DNA of 61,991 bases, the filler included, from Sanchytrium tribonematis (taxonomy: Eukaryota): the NCBI GenBank assembly GCA_018985235.1. It is 10 parts of 10 records of this genome, joined end to end, with 100 filler letters (N's around TTAATTAATTAA, not from the genome) between each part and the next. Parts side by side here need not be neighbours in the genome. Positions count along the whole stretch, not along the records: positions 49,753 to 55,823 come from JADGIG010000557.1; positions 55,924 to 61,991 come from JADGIG010000558.1; 8 more parts are not named here. One strand, written 5' to 3'. Position numbers and translations under genes: made by a program. Of this stretch, positions 54,197 through 61,991 are shown piece by piece (the stretch's first letter is position 1; each line of letters starts with the position of its first letter). Under the pieces are notes generated by a model. It was given only the letters and a program-made list of their open reading frames with translations, ran no database searches and was not told the origin of the DNA.

Positions 54197-55526
54197 TTAA
54201 ACTTTTTCTTTTGGTCTATACATAATTATCCTTTTTCCATTTGGTCTAGGTGGATGGATGCTGTCTTTTTTCAGCCAGTCGTTGACTAAATGAATGTATT
54301 TTACCATTTTTGGTTTCTAATTGAGTATTTGCAAAATGAAGTTTTTTCTTAAGATTACTATTTTCATGGTCAATCTCGTCAAAATCATGTTGAAATTGTT
54401 TTGTTCCATTAAGTCGATCAACTTCAGCTGTCAATTCCTTAATTTTATTCTCTTGTGTTAATGCCAACTGCGTTGAGAGTTTCAACTTCGACTTATTTTG
54501 CTGCAATTCAGATTCTAAATCTTGAATAATTGAATTGCCTTTGTTAACCTCATGGCTTGTGGAGTTGACAGTTTGTGAAATGCTTTTTAATTGGCTCTCG
54601 AGCTCGTCGACTTTCCGCTCTAAAGATTGTTTCTCTAGCGAATCTCGATGATTTTCACTTTTTAACCTTTCCATGGCATTAGTGCGTGCCTTGAGTTCTT
54701 CTTCCAAATGAGATATGCGACCCTTTGATATTCCCAATTGGTTCTGAAATGAATTGAAATCATTGGTCATTTGCTGCTGGCTGTGAAATTGGTTTCCTAG
54801 GTCACTTTGTAATTGTTGGACCTGTGTTTCCAAGTTTGAATTTTGTTGCCTCAAACTTGATACTTGTGACTTCAAAATACCATTTTCACTAGTCAAGGTG
54901 TACAGATTTTGTTTCGTAGATTTTTCGGATTCATTTAGCGCCAATTGAAGTTTCTCAATTTCTTTCTCGTAGTGACCATTACTTATTTTCTGATCTTCTG
55001 CAAACTTATTTTGGGAAGTGATTTGCTTCTTATTTGCTTCTTCTAAAAGCCCTTGGATTTCTTTAATTTTAAGACCGTATTGTATTATTTCAGTTTGACT
55101 CTTTTGTTCTAGTGCAGTAAGTTTCTCTTTCAATTGGGTATTAGCTTGGATCAATTCAAGTATTTTGCTTGCCAAATATTGATTTTTGACATCCAAACTG
55201 GGTATAGTCATTTTAAGTTTAAGGTGTGTGATCGCACGCCAAGGTGTGATTTCTACCAATTTAAAATTGTTTTCCGAGTCCAAAATCTTGGTCCACTCAT
55301 TTTTTGAAAGCAGTACCTTGAAATGGTCTACAAATTCGTCATAGTCCATTCTTAAATCTTGCTCTTTGACCAAATCTGCAAATACTGCTGGGGTCATATT
55401 GAATTGAGCTAAGTATGTAGGGTTTAATGGATCACTTATAGTAATAGAGATATGATTCTTGACTACGATTTCTAAAGATAGTTGACAGAGCTCATTATCT
55501 TTTTGAACTTTTAGATTGAAAAACAT
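54197..55526 (-). CDS. SAS6: Centriolar cartwheel protein SAS-6, 2 exons (55526-54305, 54285-54197)
   Basis: Head ISDPLNPTYL...FADLVKEQDLRMDYDEF...LVEITPWRAITHLKLKM, long coiled coil; spliced end KNVNDWLKK resembles the SAS-6 NVIxWLNK motif. Confidence 0.82.
54286..54304 (-). other. 19-nt intron (GTAAAATACATTCATTTAG)
   Basis: Matches the intron consensus and yields the SAS-6-like V.WL.K motif. Confidence 0.75.
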
Positions 55527-55546
55527 TTAAGGAGATTGATTGTTTT

Positions 55547-55823
55547 ATGGTAAATCTGTTTTCTTTAATGGAAGTCGCTCCAAATTGTACCGATGAAGAA
55601 TTATATGAACAATATAAAAAATTGGCTTTACAAAAACACCCAGATAAACATGGAGGTTCTCATCAGGATTTTTGCGATTTGCTTGATGTGTACAATTTTT
55701 TAAAAACAAAGAGAAAAATTTATTCTGACATGGTTTATGGTAATGCAGTCATATATGAGGAGATCAATCTAAAAGATATGGAATTTGATGGTAAAAATTA
55801 CGAGTATGACTGTCGATGTGGAG
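55547..55823 (+). CDS. DPH4: Diphthamide biosynthesis J-domain protein Dph4/Jjj3, 5' part
   Basis: J-domain with HPDK followed by the start of a CSL zinc finger YEEINLKDM...YDCRCG. Confidence 0.85.
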
Positions 55824-56103
55824 NNNNNNNNNNNNNNNNNNNNNNNNNNNNNNNNNNNNNNNNNNNNTTAATTAATTAANNNNNNNNNNNNNNNNNNNNN
55901 NNNNNNNNNNNNNNNNNNNNNNNAACAATGAGTTTTGCTGCAAATATGAGATTGAAATAGATCATGTATTGGGAGATGGGGTCATTTGATATATGACTTG
56001 CTCAATTTATGGAACCAATTAAAAGTGTTGCAATTCATTTGCAATCAATTGGTACTTGGGATTGCGCGTCCATTTATCATTTGAATATCAATCTGTGTCA
56101 TCT

Positions 56104-59100
56104 ATGTCATTTATGAAACCTGGGGTCGAAAATTTCTTTGTAAAATTTTCCGGTTACGCGATTAATTGCCAAACTGCCCAATTCTTAACAGGAATCATAA
56201 CTAAAAAGGTATCCAAGTCTAAAACTGACAAAGATATACATAATTTGCAATCTAATTGCTTAAAAAGCGACACGAAATGTGTTGAAATGACTTCTAAAAA
56301 TTTCAAATTTTTTCCTTTGATCACGCTGTTTTGTTGTATCACTCACATGATTACACAAATTTTTCTCGTGCTACTGAAGCAAACATCGAACGTCTTCGTG
56401 CCATCTTATGTAGAAAACATGATAATTAAACTAAAAAATCAAAAAAAGATTTATTCACTCTGCTGCACTAATTTGCTCGAATTATGCATTAATCTACCTT
56501 GGCTCCTGCTTTTAGTTGTTATAATCAACGAATCGTTGCCAAAATTTGACAGCCGGGTCTACTTTAATGCTAATGAACAGATTCCGAAAATATTTAAAAA
56601 AGTGACTCACTTAAATATTTTTAAAATCCCACATTTAGTCTCAATAAATAGTATTTTGTATTTAAATTCTCCAATACAACTAGTCTTGTTTGCTTCATGG
56701 AATTCCAGCTCCCAAATTAGTGTAATTGTACTATTACACAATAGACAATTTGACGAATACTTTGATCTGATGCTAATCACAATAAACAATACAAATACAC
56801 AGTGTGCAACAATAAAATGTATTTATTCTCTGGCCATTCCACTCGCTATGGCAACATCTTTCGCTGGTATTGGATTAAAACACAAACAAATTTTAGAAAC
56901 AACTTCTAAAATTGCAAAATTTCAACTGGGTAAACTATTATTACTCTCCACCTATCTTGAAAATGAAGGATTTGGTCAAAATATTACTCTCAAGTGTCAA
57001 AATGACTCCAAAATCACTGCTATCTTGAAAGCAGATTTCGTAGTCGCATCATGTGAACACGAACCAGTTACAATAGAAATTCAGTCAAAGAAGAAAGAAA
57101 CAAACACGACCGTGTTTAATCAATGCAGGGAATTTTGTAATTTGAAACCCGACGCGGTGACAAAACACTTTGAAAATGTGCTTTCTAAACATGTTCATTT
57201 GGATCTGGAGGAGATTCTGCAAGCATTCACTGATTTTGTGCAATCCAATAGATCAATTTCTGACGATGTCCCCATTCTTGTCGAATTTAGCCCTTCTGTC
57301 ATGGATTTCCAATTCAAAATAGCCGAAAATTTGAATTTTACATCAAAATTGCCTACTGTCCCTGACCCCAACACTCTACTAGACATGTCCAAAGATAAAT
57401 TACTACAATTACAAGCGCGTTCCCACAACTCAAACACCAAAATTTCTGTCAATTTAATAATTGGCATGCGATCACAAGAAGATGTATGTCGTAGATTTCG
57501 CAATAAGCTATTGGGAAAAGAATTGGTTCAATACGCAACAAACTACACTAGTAATCATCACTGCTATATATTGATAGGAAGCAGCACAAAGATTTCAGAA
57601 CATGAAAAGGAACTGATTCGCGATTTGAATCTAAAAATGGCTACAGTAGATCAAGCACGCTTATTTTTTAATAATATCCTACCAGAAACATACTTCAAAG
57701 ACAAAGAATTGATTTACTTCCAATCCATTAAAAATGAAACAAACAAAACTGGAGCAATTGCCGTTGCAATCCAAAATACTGCTGCCAAAATCAAATTGTA
57801 TTGTTACAGAAACAAGCAAATGGAACTTAACAAGTACTGTCGCGAAAACTCAGGGAAAATTGGCAAATTAATCTCAGAAATAAGAAATGGAACGCACTCC
57901 CCCGGGTACCGCAATTTTACAATTGCGAAATTGCAATTCAATTTGAGCTATCAAACACATGATTTTAGAGTTGAAAAAACCCAGAACATGAAGGAATTCT
58001 GCGACAATCTAACCACAGAATGGTGGACACCATCTGAATTAGCAGGGGCTAAAATAATCTACTTAGCCAAAAATGAGAATGGTAATTGTGATTCTATTCA
58101 GTTTCTGATTGAAGAAGACATGAATGCAAATGATTTATACTCCATCGGGGTGCGATTAATTAGATCATCAATTGATTTTGAGAATGAAGCTCAATTAGCC
58201 ACAAACTCTGACCTTGGACCGAATAAAAGAGCAAAAACAACCGACAAAATGGTCTATAATACTTATTTAGCAAGAATAACAACCGGAATCACTTTTAATA
58301 AAGAATCTTTAATGAGTTTTGAAATTGAAAAAAACCAGCACTTTGACTCCCTCTATTTATATTATGCGACTCAATCTGGCTACTTTTCACAGACTTTATC
58401 CCGCAACACGCAAATAAATCAAGATGTTATCAAACAACATTTACAACAACACCCAGTCAATCAAATAGAATACACAATTTATGGCAAACCACAAATAAGC
58501 AGATTTTATATTCCTTGCTTTGCTACCTTCAATGAACTTAAACACTATTTACACATGACATTTGGTATCACAAACTTCACACAATACTCTTTGAAGCACA
58601 GACACGTGCATTTTGAGGTTGCAAATATAAGTCATCCAATTCCCACAAACTCATATAAATTACAACTAAAAGGGCTATTAGGTGGTACCAATAAACGAGA
58701 TTTGATACTTTCGGACTCAGTAGACACAGATGAAGAGTCGCAAAATGCTCCAAACAACAAGAAAATCAAATTAGATCTGACAGAAATTCCAGGAAATTTA
58801 AAACAATCACAAGAGCTCAAAAGAAAAGCATCATTGAATAAAATAGTTAAAAAACCAAAGCAAAGTGATTTTCTTTCGTCAAACTTTAATTCTATTTTGA
58901 CTGATCCTCCCTCAAATATGGATGATATCACACTTCCAGATGAGCTAGACACTTTAGACAGATACAATGTCTATCTTGAGCATGATCTCTCTATCATTCA
59001 ATACAACTGCAATGGGTTTAAGAAACTTGAAAATAATCAAGAAATCTGCAACATTTTGGAATACAATCCACATCTGATTGCTCTGCAAGAAACACAGACG

Positions 59101-61962
59101 GATAAACCACTTAGTAATCTACCCAACTACAAACAGATTCACTTGCCACATTCTAAAAGGCAGTACAAGCAGCATTTATTCATAAATAATTCAATAAAAA
59201 ATTTCAAACAAATTCATGTTTCTGATAATTGCTATATATATGAAGTAAATAAACAAAAAATAGCATTTATTTATATTCCATATGCTTTCTATCTTGCCAA
59301 GGATTTCGCAGCAATCAAGAGAATTCTGCAACCTGCAATCGACCATAAAGCCATCATTATCGGCGATCTCAATTTCCATTTACTTGCAGTCGATGACCAA
59401 CAGAATGCACTTGACAAAATCCTTGTTCAATATCTTGAAAACAACTGTTTCCAGTTTCATAATAGGCATGAAACATCCATGGTAAAATCTCAAAAAATTC
59501 TTGACCATTGTTGGTCCCACACTTCTCAAATTAGTAAAATCAATAGCCACAATGTATTAAACAGACCAGAAGCATTCACTTCTGATCACTGGCCTTCTTT
59601 AATAAAATTAAAACTGGATACACCAATCATTGATCCTGAAAAAGTGAACTGGAAAAAGCTTAAATTGGCTCATTATCGTAGGAAATACAAAGCAGTGCTC
59701 AATAAATTACTAAATAAGCATCAAATAGATCTCTTGAATAAAACAGATTCAAATTTTATCGACTTGATATTTTCAAATTGCATTTTGACTGCTGGAAGAA
59801 TCACCCTTGGAATTATCCCAAGATTTAATGCTAATGTGAATAGAACTAAAGATATCCAATCAATAAATAAGAAAATTAAAATAAATCAACGTAAATTCAA
59901 ACGAACAAGAAACAAATCAAAGAAAAAGCAGCTTTTGAAACAAATTCAACAAAGTAGGGCATTTTATAATGCAGAGGCTAAAAAACAAGTCATTGAGACT
60001 CAACTTGAAGTTGTAGAGGAACTGTTCAAAGATCCCAATGCAGCATATCACAAATTATGTGAAATAAAAAATAAAATTTCCAAGACAAATCTTTTTTGCG
60101 ATATCCAAGACATGCTTGATTATCAAAAACAACATTTTAATCATCGAACACATGAGTGGATCAAACAAGAACTAACAGAAACTGAGAAATTGAGAACCAA
60201 ATTGGTAATTTCTCAATTATTTACTACAAATAAAATCAAGTCTGAACTCAAATATCTAAACATAAAAAAGGCATCAGGCGGTTTAATACCCACCATTGCC
60301 TACAAATTCTTGCCCAGAAATGGTATCAAAACCATTATTTCACTTTCTTATTTTACAGGTGAAATTCCAAATTCTTGGTCCGAATCAGGAATCGTTGAGA
60401 TTTTTAAGAATAAAGGATCATCTGAAGATCCCAAATACTACAGACCAATTAGTCTGTTGGTTCCACTGCGGAAATTGTACGAAAAGATAATTTATTATCA
60501 CAGACTAAAAAATAAATTGATCCCCTCATATCGCCAACATGGCTTTTGCGCTTCTCGTAGCACCAACACACAACTCCACTATGTCCATAATCTTATAAAT
60601 CAGTTTAAAAAAGAGGGAAATGTGATCATGGGATCACTTGATTTATCCAGTGCTTTTGATGGAATCATTTATGATGATATTTATAGCATTGCTAGTCAAA
60701 ATCTTGAAAAACATGATCTGAATGCACTCAGATCACTTCTAGTAAATCAATCTTTACATTTATTGCGCGATAATAACAAGCAAAATGTAAAAATGAAGAA
60801 AGGGGTGCCCCAAGGTGGCACTCTTTCACCAATGCTCTTTTCTTTTGTCATTGACAAAGTGCTCTCCGAATTGGATTATGATCCAACTAAATTGGCCATC
60901 TGTTTATACGCAGATGACATCTTTTTAATTTCAAATGATCCAAAATACTTTGAAATGATTCTAAATAAACTCACAGATTTATTTCTTACATTCTCGTTTG
61001 AACCCAATCCTGATAAGTATCAGATTTGCTCAAATGAGCCAGTAAATATCAAAATAAATGATCAAATTATAAAACAATCTCCTTGGATTAAATATCTAGG
61101 AGTCCACCTTGACCACACAGGCATTTGTTACGAACAGGAATTGAAATGGAAGAAATCCAAATTAGCATTCCTCTCAAAGAAATTCAAAACAATGATGACA
61201 GAGCAGCAAACTTCCAGTAAGAAATTTGAAAAAGTGGGCCATTTATTTCATGGCAAGAGTCTTTTTGCTAAAGGAGTTATAGAATCTGTACTCAGTTATG
61301 GGTTATCATTGTGGGACAAGTCCTATTTGAGTGAATTAGAATCAATTAGAAGAGTTGCAATAAATGGTTTATTTTCAAACACCCGTCTGATCCACGAATA
61401 TCTTTGCAAATTTAAGAATACTGAAGAACTACACTTAACGTCACGTATTTCAAGTGAGAAACAGCTAATCAATTTCATTGAGCAACTCGAATCAAATTCA
61501 ATAAATACACCACAATCTTATTTGATCACTATTAAACATAATACGTCTTTTTCTGAGGACCTTACTACTAGAATTGAGTTAGAATGTGCAAATAAAGAGG
61601 ATTTGAATGAGAGAATTGATGAAAGATTGGACAGAATGTGGAATGAAAACAGCGCAAAAAGAGCAACACGCTTGCCACTTGACTCCGCGCTAATGGTGAT
61701 GTTGAAGAAGCATAAGTATCATTATAATTACACCCATCACGTATTAAAATTGGGTATAAAACTGATAATGGGCGATTTCCCCTTTAGAAATGGTGCATGC
61801 ACCATGTGCAATCAGCCGTACGACTCGCTATTTCACTTTGAAGGCGAGTGTTTGAACAATTATATGGATTGGAGTGAAGACAGCATCTACGAGGTGCTAA
61901 ATAATGGCAACTGTAGATTGTTTGGAGTGTTCATGGTGAGATGCGTCAGTGAAAACAAGTGA
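56104..61962 (+). mobile_element. Intact single-ORF non-LTR retrotransposon: long N-terminal region, UBL-like module, APE endonuclease, RT, CCHC (frame open from 56056)
   Basis: APE 58987-59616 (QYNCNG, ALQET, GDLN, LDH, SDH); RT (YRPISLL, QHGF, DLSSAFD, GVPQGGTLSP, YADD at 60907, KYLG); C-x2-C-x8-H-x4-C at 61798-61851; no stops in 5.9 kb. Confidence 0.95.
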
Positions 61963-61991
61963 TTTCCCAATAGGAATTGTGGATTGCAAAT

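Noticed and set aside
56037..61991. 10-bp inverted repeat ATTTGCAATC / GATTGCAAAT flanking the retrotransposon ORF
   Set aside because: Short; the same word occurs at 23842 in an unrelated intergenic region; LINEs lack TIRs; the contig ends there, so the true 3' end is not visible
1..61991. CRISPR arrays, tRNA genes or prokaryotic defence systems
   Set aside because: No repeat-spacer arrays or cloverleafs were seen by eye and the content is eukaryotic; tRNAscan-SE would be needed to exclude tRNAs

Overview
This is eukaryotic DNA, and it is not one locus. Ten unrelated ~6.1 kb contigs (6164, 6155, 6120, 6117, 6111, 6108, 6097, 6080, 6071, 6068 nt, i.e. sorted by length) are joined by artificial 100-nt spacers (44 N + TTAATTAATTAA + 44 N). 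The DNA is AT-rich, very gene-dense and uses the standard code. Gene content (G-alpha, beta-tubulin, H2A/H2B, Cox6, Kgd1, Hem13, Idi1, Eaf3, chitin deacetylase, GH18 chitinase, SAS-6, LRR surface proteins, a dispersed 5S rRNA) points to a genome-reduced, early-diverging, probably zoosporic fungus. A sanchytrid-like parasite is my inference and is untested. Main observations: (1) all eight introns I can resolve are only 19-20 nt, with the branch point fused to the acceptor (GTA...YTNAYWTAG). (2) An intact single-ORF APE-RT-CCHC non-LTR retrotransposon has a ~950-aa N-terminal extension containing an exactly 76-aa ubiquitin-like module ending LLGG, followed by NLS-like motifs and the endonuclease, which suggests protease-triggered polyprotein processing. 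(3) Histone H2A lacks 25 core residues. (4) Signal peptides are only 8-11 aa, and CCC/CTCC motifs sit just before start codons. (5) A 5'-truncated LINE has RT-CCHC-RNase H order and a structured 3' UTR. (6) Decayed piggyBac and Tc1 elements are present. Family assignments come from motif recognition only; no database searches were run.
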